From an uncultured delta proteobacterium (GTDB lineage: Bacteria; Desulfobacterota; Binatia; UBA9968): a DNA stretch of 64,000 nt. Below, one piece after another: positions 10,512-21,494 of this stretch. A model generated the notes under the pieces. That model saw only the letters and a list, made by a program, of their open reading frames with translations, was not told the DNA's origin and searched no databases. The translations under genes and the position numbers were made by a program. Each line of letters opens with the position of its first letter. Within the stretch, counting starts at the first letter, position 1. Location of the stretch: positions 1,024,001-1,088,000 of the forward strand of contig CAVUVW010000013.1 of assembly GCA_963745035.1 (NCBI GenBank), written 5' to 3'.

Positions 10512-11481
10512 ATGAAACTGAAGATACTCATCGTCGCTTTGGCCTTATTCGGCGCGAGCACGGCGCTGCACGGCCAAGCGTTTCCGAACAAGCCCATCGA
10601 GCTCGTCGTAGCGTCGAGCCCGGGCGGCGGCGTCGATCTGATATTCCGCCTCATCGCCGAGGAGCTCGGCAAAAATCTAAAGACACAAGTGAATGTCGTC
10701 AATCAGCCGGCTGGCGGCGGCGCCATCGCTGCCGAGAAAGTCGCTGGCGCGCGCAAAGATGGCTACATCCTGCTTGGGCTCGCTGCTCGGCCAGGTCGCC
10801 ACCATGACCGTGGCCAATCCGAAGACGCCTGCCAACTTCGCCCGCGACTTTCAACCGATCGCGATCTTGCACGGCTACGCCGCGGTGATCATGCTCGGTC
10901 GCGCCGACGCGGAGTTTAAGACCGTGAAAGACATCGTCGCCCACGCCCAGAAAAAACCCGGCGATCTGATCGTTGCCGTGGGCCCGGCAGGCACCAGCCT
11001 CACGTTGGAAGTGGAATTGTTAAAACGCGCCGCGAAGATCGACCTCACCTCTCTGCCCTTCGCCGGCTCGGCGCAGGCAATCACCAATTTGCTCGGCGGC
11101 CATGTGAATTTCGCCATGGCGTCGGACGTTGCCGCCCAGCCGCATATCAAAGCGGGAAAGCTCGTCGGCATCGCGGTCGATGTCGAATCGGCGGTCCTCC
11201 CCAATGTACCGACATTCGCCAAGCAAGGTTACCCGCAAGTCAATTTGCTCGCCAGTGTCGCCTTGCTGGCGCCCAAAGGCTTGCCGGAAGCGACTACGAA
11301 AACTCTAACGGACGCGATCAGGAAAACCGTCGAAGAACCGAAGCTTCAGGAAAATTTGAAAGCGCGCGGCTACAACATCGATCTGCGCACTGCGGCGGCG
11401 GACGTCGACAAACTGGTCAAAGAGGAAATCGACAAATACTCGCGCTTCACGCCCGAGGATCTCGGCTGGAAATCGAAGTAG
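10512..11481 (+). CDS. tctC: Bug/TctC periplasmic binding protein, frameshift near 10780
   Basis: FPNKPIELVVASSPGGGVD, NQPAGGGAIA, PNVPTF; follows tctBA. Confidence 0.85.
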
Positions 11482-11618
11482 CTGAGAGGCCCCGTTGATC
11501 GCACGTCATCGAATCCACCGCGAGGGCGGGCGCATCGTCCCGGCGCGTTGTCCACTTGCAGTTTTTATGCTATCGGCTACAAAAGTGAATCCAATTGCAC
11601 GGATAGAAAGGAAGGACC

Positions 11619-12092
11619 ATGCCGCTTCACGTTAAGAAGGATGACGTTCCTGAAAGAAAGGGAGTTCGCACAGGCGCTGAAGGCGAAGGCTCGATGATAT
11701 CGGTCAAAGGCTACGGCAACGAATGCAGTCTGATGATCGCATCGCGGGCGCCGGGATATCACACGACGCCGCATGTTCATGAATCGGAGCAGCTCAACTA
11801 CATTCAAGAGGGCGAAATTTGGTTCTTTGTCGAGGACCAGGGCTTTCACTGCAAGCAGGGCGACTTTCAAAGAATCCCCGCAAACAAAGTGCACTGGGCG
11901 TGGAACCGATCCGACAAGGATGCCGTCGTCATCGAAGCCCACTCTCCGGGGCTGGTGGGACTCAAGGCGGCCAACGGCGCCGTGGCCCTGTTCGACGACG
12001 GCGAAGCGCCGCAGATGCGCCGGCCGGGAATAAATGAATTTGTTTCCTTCGATGCCGCCGCGGTGGAAAGAAAATATTTCGCGGAATCTTGA
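11619..12092 (+). CDS. Cupin-domain protein
   Basis: PHVHESEQLNYIQEGE...IPANKVH cupin motifs. Confidence 0.85.
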   Translation: MPLHVKKDDVPERKGVRTGAEGEGSMISVKGYGNECSLMIASRAPGYHTTPHVHESEQLNYIQEGEIWFFVEDQGFHCKQGDFQRIPANKVHWAWNRSDKDAVVIEAHSPGLVGLKAANGAVALFDDGEAPQMRRPGINEFVSFDAAAVERKYFAES

Positions 12093-12099
12093 CGATTAG

Positions 12100-13096
12100 A
12101 TGACCGTTCGTCTCACATTATTGCTGCTAGGCTGCGCGCTGGTCGCGCTGGCGCCCGACCGGATCAAGCGCGCAGGAACCGCTGCGTATTCCCTACGGCG
12201 TGACGACTTCTCTCCAACACCTGCCGGTTCTCGTCGGCAAAGATAGCGGCCTGTTCGCGAAGTACGGTCTCAACGTCGAACCCGTTCACATCCGCGGCGG
12301 CGCGTTGATCACGACCATGATCATGAGCGGCACCGTGCAGTTTTCCGGCGCCGGCGCCGAATCCGTGGTCTCGGCGCGCATCGAAGGCGGCGACGTGGCG
12401 TTGATCGCCTGCCCGGCCGACAGCGATGCGGTCTATTTTGTCGCGCGGCCGGAGATCAAAACGGCGGCAAATCTCAAAGGCAAGAGCAGCGCGGTCACGA
12501 GGCTCGGCTCCACCACTCATTTTTATTTGCGCGCCGCCTTGCGCTCCTTGGGATTGGACCCCGAAAAAGACATGACCATTCTCCAGCTTGGAGGCGGTCC
12601 GGAGATCGTTGCGGCGATGCGCGGCGGCAGAGTCGCCGCGGCCGCCCTGCCTTACCGCAATACTTTCAGTTTGATCCAGTCGGGCTGGCCGCTCCTGGTC
12701 GATATGTCGACTCCGAATTTTGTTTATCCGTCGTCGTGCGTCGCCACCACCCGAGCGTTCATCAAGAGCAATCCGGCAGTGGTCGAGCGCTTTCTCAAGG
12801 CTTACATAGAATCGACGTGGCTCATCAAGAAAGACAGCGCGCTCGCCGAGCAGGTCATCAAGAAATGGCATCGGGAAACCGATGGCGCATTCATCAAGAA
12901 GACCGTGGAAGTCTACGCGCGCATTTTCAAGCCGTTACCGTACATTTCGGATCAGGGATTGGAGATCGTCTTGAAGGAAATTGCCGCGCGCCGGCCGGTG
13001 TCAAAAGAGTTTTTCGGAAAACCGGAACTGTTTCGCGATCACGGCCCGCTCGACAAACTCGCCAAGGAAGGCTGGATCGAACGCGCCGGCCAATAA
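12100..13096 (+). CDS. ABC substrate-binding protein, NMT1/SsuA-like, frameshift just after the signal peptide
   Basis: ATG at 12100 gives a signal peptide (MTVRLTLLLLGCALVALA); body GLFAKYGLNVE, LKGKSSAVTRLGS in the 12200 frame. Confidence 0.82.
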
Positions 13097-13208
13097 ACGA
13101 ACAAATGCGCGGTGCAAATTTGCCGTTATTCTCCAAACCTGGAGGCCGAACCATCCAGGTAACCGGCCGGCGATCACTTTTCACAAAACGGCTGAGCGCG
13201 ATCGACGC

Positions 13209-14148
13209 CTAGCGCACGCTCAGTTCTCGCTGCGCCTCTTCGAGGAAAGAAAGGTTCGCGACTTGAGAGTGAGGAACTTGTTTCTGTGACTTGTTCGCCC
13301 TGAGAGTTTGCTGAATCACATTTTCGATCGCGGCATCGCTCGCCGAGCCATTCGCGCTCAGCGTTTTGATCATGACCTGATAGCTTTTCTCGGCGACATC
13401 GGCATCGATCTTCCATTGCTTGGCGATGAACTCGACGACCTTGAGCTTTTCTTTGCGCAAGTAGAGCAAACTTTTGACGAAACCCCGCACCATCCGTCTT
13501 ACCTGAGCTGGGTTCTTGCCGATCTTGTTGTCCGAAGTGACCAGGCCGGCTTGAAGTTGTTCTTTGACGACATCGCCGGCCCACGCCAACACGCGAAATC
13601 CTTCCTTCTCGCCGATGACGTCGTACGGCGGCGTGAAAATCGCGCCGTGCACCGCGCCCGCGCGCAAGGCCGCTTGATTGTTCGCCTGGCTGCCGAGCCC
13701 CTGCGTGACGATGTCGCGCTCGGGATTGAGCCCGAAGGACCTGACGATCTCGCGCGCCACGATGATCCGTCGTGCTGCCAATGGACGTGACGGCGATACT
13801 CTTGCCTTTCAAATCCGCCGGCGTCTTGATCTCGGGGCGAACATTAAGCGCGAGCGCCGGACGGATGCCGCCAAAGGCGATCACCTTCACGGGCAGACCG
13901 GTCGTCGCCGCGCGCATCATGGTGTCGGCGAGCGTTGCATAATCGAGATCGCCCTGAAGCAACGCCGGCGCCACCAATCGGCCATTCATCAAGACGACTT
14001 GGACGTCGAGTCCTTCTTCCCGAAAGATCCCGAAACGTACTCCAACGTAGGAGGGCAACTGGCTCAGCGCCGTAACCGGGATGCCGAGGGTCACTCTATC
14101 CGGCTTTTCTTGAGCGAGAACATGATAGAAAGATAAGCACAAAAACAA
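13209..14148 (-). CDS. ABC substrate-binding protein, NMT1/SsuA-like, frameshift near 13775; start uncertain
   Basis: GIFREEGLDVQVV, DLKGKSIAVTSIGS; C-terminal half in ORF 13209-13781. Confidence 0.82.
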
Positions 14149-14240
14149 GCAGATCAGCGAAGTTTTCTTAAAATATTTACTCCTATGTTCCTATTGCTTG
14201 GCCGTGGCCTCCGCATCCGCATAACTTCCTTCCTTGAGAG

Positions 14241-14744
14241 CTAAGCCGCTTTCTGACTTGCGCCGCGATAACGCCAGCGCAACAGCCGCCGCTCGATGAC
14301 TTCCGCGCAGAAGAATAACAACAGGACAAACGCCATGATGAGAAAGATGAGTCCCATGGTAAGGGCCGCATTGTAAGTGCTTTGCGCAAACTGAAGTAAA
14401 TAACCTAGGCCGCGTGTCGCTGCGACAAACTCGCCGACGCAGGCACCCGTAAAAGCAAACCCGACGGCGACCTTGAGACTGCCAAGCACCCACGCCGTTA
14501 CCGAAGGAATGTAAACCTCGCGCAACAGAACCATGCGCCCGCCGCCGAGGGTGCGCACCCGATCCACCAAAAGCTGGTTGACGTCTTTGATGCCGTTGTA
14601 GACGGCAAAAAAAATCAGCACGGCGACGAGCACGACCGCGAGGGCGATCTTCGACGGCACTTCGATGCCCAGCCAGATGACGAAGAGCGGCGCAAAAATG
14701 ACCCGCGGGATCGCGTTGAGCAGCAGCATGACCGGCTCGAGCAT
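14241..14744 (-). CDS. ABC permease (SsuC/TauC-like), N-terminally truncated
   Basis: NAIPRVIFAPLF, EAA-like loop, GEFVAATRGLGY; only 167 aa. Confidence 0.8.
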   Translation of the reverse strand: MLEPVMLLLNAIPRVIFAPLFVIWLGIEVPSKIALAVVLVAVLIFFAVYNGIKDVNQLLVDRVRTLGGGRMVLLREVYIPSVTAWVLGSLKVAVGFAFTGACVGEFVAATRGLGYLLQFAQSTYNAALTMGLIFLIMAFVLLLFFCAEVIERRLLRWRYRGASQKAA

Positions 14745-15808
14745 AACTTCCGACGATCGAAAGATCGAGCAAAGGCTTGTGGTCGACCGAGGGAGCTAAT
14801 AGACCCGCGGCCCTGTGCGCCTCCGCGACTCGGTTAGCCGCGGCAAGATCGATTTTCACATTGTCGGGATAGAGCGAGCGGCGGTAACGTTCGAGAATAC
14901 CCGCGAGGCGGTCGCGATTGGCGCCGGTGATAAGCTCCTTGGGCAGCGCGGCGACGGCTTCTTTCACGGGGATAGCGCCGGTATCGCGCAAACCTTTGGC
15001 CAGCGCGCGCGAAAGCCGCGCCATCTCGTCGCGGCGCCGCTCGCGTTCCTCCAGGCGTACCGCCACGCCCATGAACTCGTAGGCTCCGCCGAGGTGGCGG
15101 TTGGCCTCCTCGATATCCATGATATTCGAAATCACGCGGCCTCCCGCCTCGGTAACCAAGCTCAACGCCGGCTCCTGGACCATCCCGGCATCCACTTGGC
15201 CCAGTTTGAGCGCGTCCAAGATATTCGTGCCGAGAGTCGCAAAACGCACTTTGTTGGAATCCGCGCCCGCGCGCTTCATGAGAAACAGCAGCAATATATG
15301 TTCGGCGTTGCCCAATGCAGAAATCCCGACCGTGCGGTTTTCCAGATCCTTGAAGACTACGGATCTCTTTGGCTGTTTTCGGCGCGCTGGCGAGAGCAAA
15401 CAACGGCAGCCTTCCCGTCGATGCAAAACGCGCAATCTTCGCGCCGCGCGCATACGCTTGCAGCGCGACATCGAAAGATGTTCCGGCGTAATCCACCGAA
15501 CCGCCGACCAGCGCCTGCATCGCCACATTGCCGCCACGCGTGTAGACCAAGCGAACGTCGAGGCCCTCGTCCTTGAAATGGCCGCGCGCGCGCGTGACTT
15601 CGTAGGGAATGACGCAGAGAAGCTGGCCGCAAAAAGCAAGCAATACCTGGCGGCCTTGTCCGTAGGCGTTCCTCTCCGAAACGAAGATGATGCCGCCCGC
15701 CAGACCGGCAAGTCGTTTGAGCGCGCCGCGGCGACCGATGAATTTCTTACCGTTGACGATTTCCGGTTCGCCGGTGAATTCCGGAGTTAATTTTTCGCAG
15801 CAATCCAT
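14745..15808 (-). CDS. ABC substrate-binding protein, NMT1/SsuA-like, Tat-like leader; frameshifted; 3' end abuts the truncated permease
   Basis: GRRGALKRL; GHFKDEGLDVRLVYTRGG; KDLENRTVGISALG; no proper stop before the permease. Confidence 0.8.
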
Positions 15809-15937
15809 GGCGGCCTCCGAATTTTTTAGTGCCTGTTGCCGGTGATCCGCGAATCTACGTTGGGGTCTAAGCGGGTTGGGCTTGCAATCGCGCTAGTAAA
15901 ATACAACATCAACATCAAAAGACAACCGCGATAGATC

Positions 15938-15966
15938 TTGCCACGCGTGCGAAGCAATTGTACAGT
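15938..15966 (+). promoter_or_regulatory. Putative sigma70 promoter for the DUF169 gene
   Basis: TTGCCA-17 bp-TACAGT. Confidence 0.35.
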
Positions 15967-16040
15967 CGCTCATCAATGGAGTGACGCGGCGGACATCAGA
16001 TCCGCCAGCTGAAGCGTCGGACCCTAGGAACGGCAAGGAA

Positions 16041-16796
16041 ATGAAAAACAACTGTACATTGGCCGCCAATTTGATCGCTTCTTTGGAACTAAAACTACCG
16101 CCGGTCGCCGTCGCATTCTCCGATGCCGCCAATGTCCCGCGCTATGATGGCATCGCGCCTGCCGGATGCTTTTTCTGGCAGGAGGCGGCGACCCGAACGT
16201 TCGTCACCGCTGCGAAGGATCATGGGCTCTGCTCGATCGGCGTGCATACGCACCATCTGGCCCAGCCTGCGCGCACTCATTTAACCGAGCTGAGCGAAGC
16301 GCTTAAGGCCATGTGCGATCTCGACTACGTGCGTCCCGAAGAAGTGGCAAACATTCCCGTGATCAAGCGAGAAGTTAAGTATGTGACTTATGGGCCCCTG
16401 GCCGCCTTCCCGCTTTTTCCGGAAGTGGTCATCCTCTTCGCCCACGCCCGGCAAAGTCTTGTTCTCAGTGAGGCGGCGGCTCGCGTTGACAAGGGCGCTC
16501 CGCCGGCCATGGGACGCCCCGCCTGCGCCATGGTTCCGCATGTGCTCAATCGTGGAAACGCCGCCATGAGTCTGGGCTGCTGCGGCGCGCGCGCTTACCT
16601 CGACACCCTGACCGACGACGTAGCCATGTGGGCGTTCCCGGGCGGCAAGCTCGAGCAATATGATACCGAGATTGCCGCGCTAGCGCGCGCAAATAAAACG
16701 TTGACAACGTTTCATCTGCGTCGGCGCGAGGATGTCGAGGCCGGTAAGCAGCCCACCGTAAGAGAATCGCTCGAACGACTTTCGTCTCGGCAATAA
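16041..16796 (+). CDS. DUF169-family uncharacterised protein
   Basis: LKLPPVAVAF, GCFFW, YGPL...PEVV, GRPACA, SLGCCGAR pattern. Confidence 0.75.
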   Translation: MKNNCTLAANLIASLELKLPPVAVAFSDAANVPRYDGIAPAGCFFWQEAATRTFVTAAKDHGLCSIGVHTHHLAQPARTHLTELSEALKAMCDLDYVRPEEVANIPVIKREVKYVTYGPLAAFPLFPEVVILFAHARQSLVLSEAAARVDKGAPPAMGRPACAMVPHVLNRGNAAMSLGCCGARAYLDTLTDDVAMWAFPGGKLEQYDTEIAALARANKTLTTFHLRRREDVEAGKQPTVRESLERLSSRQ

Positions 16797-16848
16797 AATT
16801 GACGCAACGGCGGCCGCAGCCGCCGTTTGCAAGAAATGGGGGACGGCC

Positions 16849-17699
16849 ATGCCCATAGCAAATGTCCGCGGCGCGAACATCAATTATAAAGTGCTCGGCA
16901 GTCAAGGTCCCTGGGTGGCGCTTGTCGCCCGGCGGCCGGCGCGACATCAGCGGCATCGAGCTGCTGGCCAGCGAAGTTGCCAAGCGTCGGCCACCGGGTC
17001 GTCATCTTCGACCGGCGCAACTGCGGCGCCTCCGACGTCGTCATCGACGGCAACGAATCGGAATACGAGATCTGGGCGGACGATATCCATGAACTGCTTA
17101 CGCAGCTCGGCGCCCTACCCGCCTTCGTCGGCGGCAGCTCGTCGGGTTGCCGAACGGCGCTGTTGTTCGCGCTGCGCCATCCCGATGCGGTTCGCGGGCT
17201 GCTCCTGTGGCGCGTCACCGGCGGCCGCTTCGCCTGCGAGCGTTTGGCGGAAGAATACTATGGCCAGTTTATCGAGGCGGCAAAAAAGGGCGGCATGGCG
17301 GCGGTCTGTGAAATGGAACATTGGAAAGAGCGCATCGAAGCGAGGCCGGAGAACCGCGCCGCGCTGATGAACATGACGCCCGATCGTTTCATCGCGGTGA
17401 TGTCGCACTGGCGCGAGTATTTTCTCAAAGGCGCCGACCTGCCCGTGATCGGCGCCAGCGAAGCGGACTCAAAATCCATCAAAGTTCCGGCTTGCGTCGT
17501 TCCCGGCAACGACAACACCCACGGCCGTCAAACCGGCGAGAACCTCGGCCGCCTGCTGCAAAAGAGCGAAGTGCATATGCTTTTTCCAAAGCACTATGAC
17601 GAGCCGCTGAGCCCGCGGGAAGAATGGGACGAAAAGGCCGGCGAAATGGCCGCGCTGTTTTCCGACTTTATCAAACGATCTTCGGCGGCCGCGGCCTGA
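16849..17699 (+). CDS. Alpha/beta hydrolase, frameshifts near 16925-16980
   Basis: FDRRNCGAS; nucleophile elbow GGSSSG; PGNDNTH. Confidence 0.82.
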
Positions 17700-17725
17700 G
17701 CATCAAAGCGAGAGCGAGGAAGACA

Positions 17726-18406
17726 ATGTTCGACCCAGTGGAAGCGACAAAAGAAAAAATGGTTTTGGTTTGCAAGGTGCTGCAAAAGCAGCGCATGGTC
17801 GACGGCTACGGCCATCTGACGGTGCGGCTCGGCGACGGCCGCTTCTTGAGCACGCCGCATATGCCGCCGGGGAAAGTCGCTCTGCGCGACCTGATCTTCA
17901 TCGATGCCGAAGGCAAAAAACTCCAGGGCGTCGGCGAGCCCAACGGCGAAACGCCGATGCATACCTCCATCTACAAAGCGCGGCCCGACGTGCAGTGCAT
18001 CTTGCACTATCACCCCGATGAAGTGATCGCGGTAGCGGCTACTGGTCAAGGAATCAAAGTCCTGTCCAACAGCGGCGTCCACTTTTACCGCGGCACCCCG
18101 ATCTATGATTCCCCGTTGCTCATCCGAACTCACCAGCTCGGCGACAAAGTCGCCGCCACCTTGGGTGATCGCAGCGCGGTGCTGCTGCGCGGTCATGGCG
18201 GGACGGTGGTGTCGAACAATCTCGATAATTTGCTGCGCCTCGGTCTCGATCTCGTGCGCGCCGCCAAACTGCAGATCATGACCGCGCCTCTTGGTGCACT
18301 CAAAACCCATAGCCAGGAAGAATGCGAGCAGATGGTCAAGGGCCATGACCAACCCAACGCAAATCGCCGTTACATCGACTACTACATTTCCGAGCTCGTC
18401 GACTGA
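17726..18406 (+). CDS. Class II aldolase/adducin family protein
   Basis: GHLTVR, ETPMHTSIYKARPDV, HYHP, LLRGHG. Confidence 0.9.
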   Translation: MFDPVEATKEKMVLVCKVLQKQRMVDGYGHLTVRLGDGRFLSTPHMPPGKVALRDLIFIDAEGKKLQGVGEPNGETPMHTSIYKARPDVQCILHYHPDEVIAVAATGQGIKVLSNSGVHFYRGTPIYDSPLLIRTHQLGDKVAATLGDRSAVLLRGHGGTVVSNNLDNLLRLGLDLVRAAKLQIMTAPLGALKTHSQEECEQMVKGHDQPNANRRYIDYYISELVD

Positions 18407-18609
18407 ACGGCGGCCGCAAGGTCAGCGGGGATATTTCGCCGCCAGCTCGACCGCCATCGATCGGAGGCGGCCAGCGCAGACACCATTGTTGACTGTCCAC
18501 GGTAAACCAAAGTTGCCGATCGCCGCCGCTGCTCGAACGTGCGCCGGCAAACGGTCGACATTCCCGCATTCCCGCGGGAAATCTCGCTCGCAACCGCCGG
18601 GATGCGGAT

Positions 18610-18625
18610 TGGAATAAAGCTTGCT
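18610..18625 (+). promoter_or_regulatory. Putative sigma54 (-24/-12) promoter for the metallopeptidase gene
   Basis: TGGAATAAAGCTTGCT = GG-N10-GC, about 46 bp upstream of the ATG. Confidence 0.55.
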
Positions 18626-18671
18626 CCTCCGCGGATCAGTTCGCAATCAAGTCTGAAAGGAGAAACAAATC

Positions 18672-19699
18672 ATGGCGGATAGACCGAAAGTTTGTATCGA
18701 TCGGGTGTTGCCGACGGAGTTCATGCGCCCGCAGCGCACCATGCGCACGCGCGGCGGCGAGCGTGCCATAGCGCCGATCGGAAAAACCTGGATGAACGGA
18801 TCGACCCTGCGCGTGCGCTTTCATCGGCGGCAGCGCGAGCGAACAGGCGACCGCGCGCGAGCAGGCCGGCTGGTGGGCGCAGGCCTGCAACTTGAAATTC
18901 GACTTCAACAACGCGCCCAACGCGGAAATCCGCATCGCCTTCGATCAGAGCGACGGCGCCTGGTCCTACGTCGGCACAGACTGCCGCAACATTCCCGCCA
19001 ACCAGCCGACCATGAACCTCGGCTTTCTCGACGGCGGCACCACCGCGCACGAGTTCGGCCACGCCATCGGCCTCGCCCACGAGCACCAGAATCCGCAAGG
19101 CGGCATCCAGTGGAACGAGCAAGTCGTGATCGAAGAGCTGGCGAAGTCGCCCAACTTCTGGGACGAGGCGACGGCCCGGCACAACGTCCTGCGCAAATAC
19201 AGCATCGACCAGATCAACGGCACCGAGTTCGATCCCGACTCGATCATGCTCTACTTCTTTCCGGCGTCATGGACGCTCAACGGCATCGCCACCAAGGCCA
19301 ATGAGATTCTCTCGACCATCGACAAGCAATTCGTCGCCGGCGCCAAGATGTATCCCAAGACCGGCGTGACCCCCTCGAATGCCGTCGAGCTCCAAGTCAA
19401 CGCCAACAAGCGCACCGCCGCATCGATCGGCAAGTTCGGCGAGGAGGATCTCTATCCAATTCACCGCCGCGCGCGACGGCCGCTACCGCATCGACACGCG
19501 CGGCTCGACCGACGTCGTGATGAAGCTCTTCGGTCCGAACAGCGAAACAGCGCTGATCGCCGAAGACGACGATTCCGGGGTCGATACCAACGCGCTGATC
19601 ACGCGGGAGCTCGTCGCCGGCCAGTATTTCGTCCAGGTCCGGCACTACAATCGCGCGAGCGGCAAAGGGAAGTATTCGATCAAAGTGCAGCGGCTCTAA
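18672..19699 (+). CDS. Astacin-like (M12A) zinc metallopeptidase with a C-terminal PPC-type domain; frameshifts near 18825 and 19455
   Basis: HEFGHAIGLAHEH zinc motif, Met-turn SIMLY; C-terminal DVVMKLFGP...AEDDDSG; AAGGAG RBS. Confidence 0.87.
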
Positions 19700-19777
19700 A
19701 GCGTGCGCGCCGATGCGCGTCCGGGAAGCTTCACTATCGGCATGAACCCGCCGCGCGCGAAACGAACAAGCAGATAA

Positions 19778-19845
19778 GGAGACGCGGAGACAAGGAAATT
19801 GTCTTCCCGTCTCCGAGTCGCTTTGTCTCCCAGTCTCCCCTCTCC
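19778..19845. repeat. Short-unit palindromic array (GGAGAC x2 / GTCTCC x3)
   Basis: Read directly in the intergenic region. Confidence 0.65.
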
Positions 19846-19947
19846 AGCGCACGCCGAAGGGCGAACGGCTTGCGCGCGCGCCACGCGCCGCATAAAGTCG
19901 AGCCTCGCCCTTGCACGGCGGCAAAACTTTCCAGACGAGGTTTCCTC

Positions 19948-21368
19948 ATGAACGCCGGCCTGAAAACCACTGCGGCCGCAGCCGAATTCGTCGAGCAGAT
20001 CACGGCCGATGCGATTCCCGCCGAAGCCATGCGCATCGGCACGCGCTGCCTGCTCGACGGCCTCGGCCTTTTCGTCGCCGGCTCCGAAGAGCACACCGTG
20101 CAACTTCTCGTCGAAGACGCCGCAAGAGCTGGGCGGACGGCCCGACGCTCTGTTGCTGAGCCGCGGCAGCGCGAAAGTGCCGGCGCCGACGGCCGCGCGC
20201 ATCCTGGGCACCGCCGGTCACGCCCACGATTGGGACGATAGTCAAGTGAGCGTCGATCCGGCGCACGTGTACGGGCTTGTTGACTCACCCGACGATTCCG
20301 CCGCTTTCGAGCGCGCTGGTGATGGCGCAAAAACTCGGCGCCGTCGACGGCACGGGCTTTTATGACTCGCGTTCCTTGCCGGCTTCGAAGTCGAGTGCAA
20401 GATCTCCGAATGGATGCTGCCGGAGCACTACCTCAAAGGCATGCATTCGAGCGGCACCGTCGGCACCTTCGGCGCCTACGCCGCGGCGGCGAAGCTGCTC
20501 GGATTGACGGGCGACAAGCTGCGCAGCGGCTTCGGCATCGCGGCCAGTTTCGCCGCCGGCATTCGCTGCAACTTCGGCACGATGACCAAGCCGCTCCACG
20601 TCGGCCGCGCCGCCGAGAACGGCGTCACCGCCGCGCTGCTGGCGGCGCGCGGTTTTACCGCCGATCCGGACGCGCTCGACGGCCCCTGGGGTTTTTACGC
20701 CGTGCACGGCGGCGGCGTCAGCGCCGAAAAAGTCTCCCAAGGCTTCGGCAAGGTTTGGACGATCGTCGAGCCGGGCGTATCGATCAAGCCGTACCCGTGC
20801 GGCGTGCTGACTCATCCGACCATCGATCTGATGCTGCAGCTCGTCACCGAACACGACATCGAGCCGGATCGAGATCGAGGCCGTCAAAGTTTACGCCGGC
20901 ACGAATATCCTAAATCCGATCCGCTATCCGATCGCTGCCAATCATCTGCAGGCGAAATTTTCTCTTCCCGCCGCGCTGGCGATGATCGCGCTGGCCCGCC
21001 GCGCCGGCAAGCGGGAATTCTCCGACGAGTTCGTCGGATCGGCGCCGATGCAGGCGATGCAGCAGCGCATCACCACCGAACTGGATCCGGAAATCGAAAA
21101 GATGGGCTTCGACAAAATGCGCTCGCGCATCGCCATTCGACTCAAAGACGGCCGCGCCGTGGAAGGCTGGGCCGACGAGCGCTACCGCGGCGGCCCGGAA
21201 AATCCGCTGAGCGATGCCGACCTCGAAGCCAAAGTGCGCTCGTGCTGCGAGGGCGCGCTCGATCGCGAACGGCAGTCGGAGTTGATCAATGCGGCTCGGA
21301 AAATCACCGAGCTCGCCGATGTCGGAGATTTGATGCGCATCGTCAATTGTCTGAAACGAGAATCGTAG
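19948..21368 (+). CDS. MmgE/PrpD family protein, several frameshifts
   Basis: GHAHDWDD, NFGTMTKPLHVG, IKPYPCG...HP, GGPENPLS. Confidence 0.88.
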
Positions 21369-21494
21369 ACGCTTGTTTGGATTATTTTTAACTGTGGGGT
21401 GAGTGAAGAAGCATAGGATGGGCTGAGAGCGTTAACGATATCCTTCGTCCCCAACACTGAAATCAAGACGCAGCGGGAAATTGACCCGCGGCGA

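Noticed and set aside
18892-20241. Peptidase-PrpD fusion ORF (449 aa)
   Set aside because: Frameshift read-through across the intergenic repeat; these are two separate genes.
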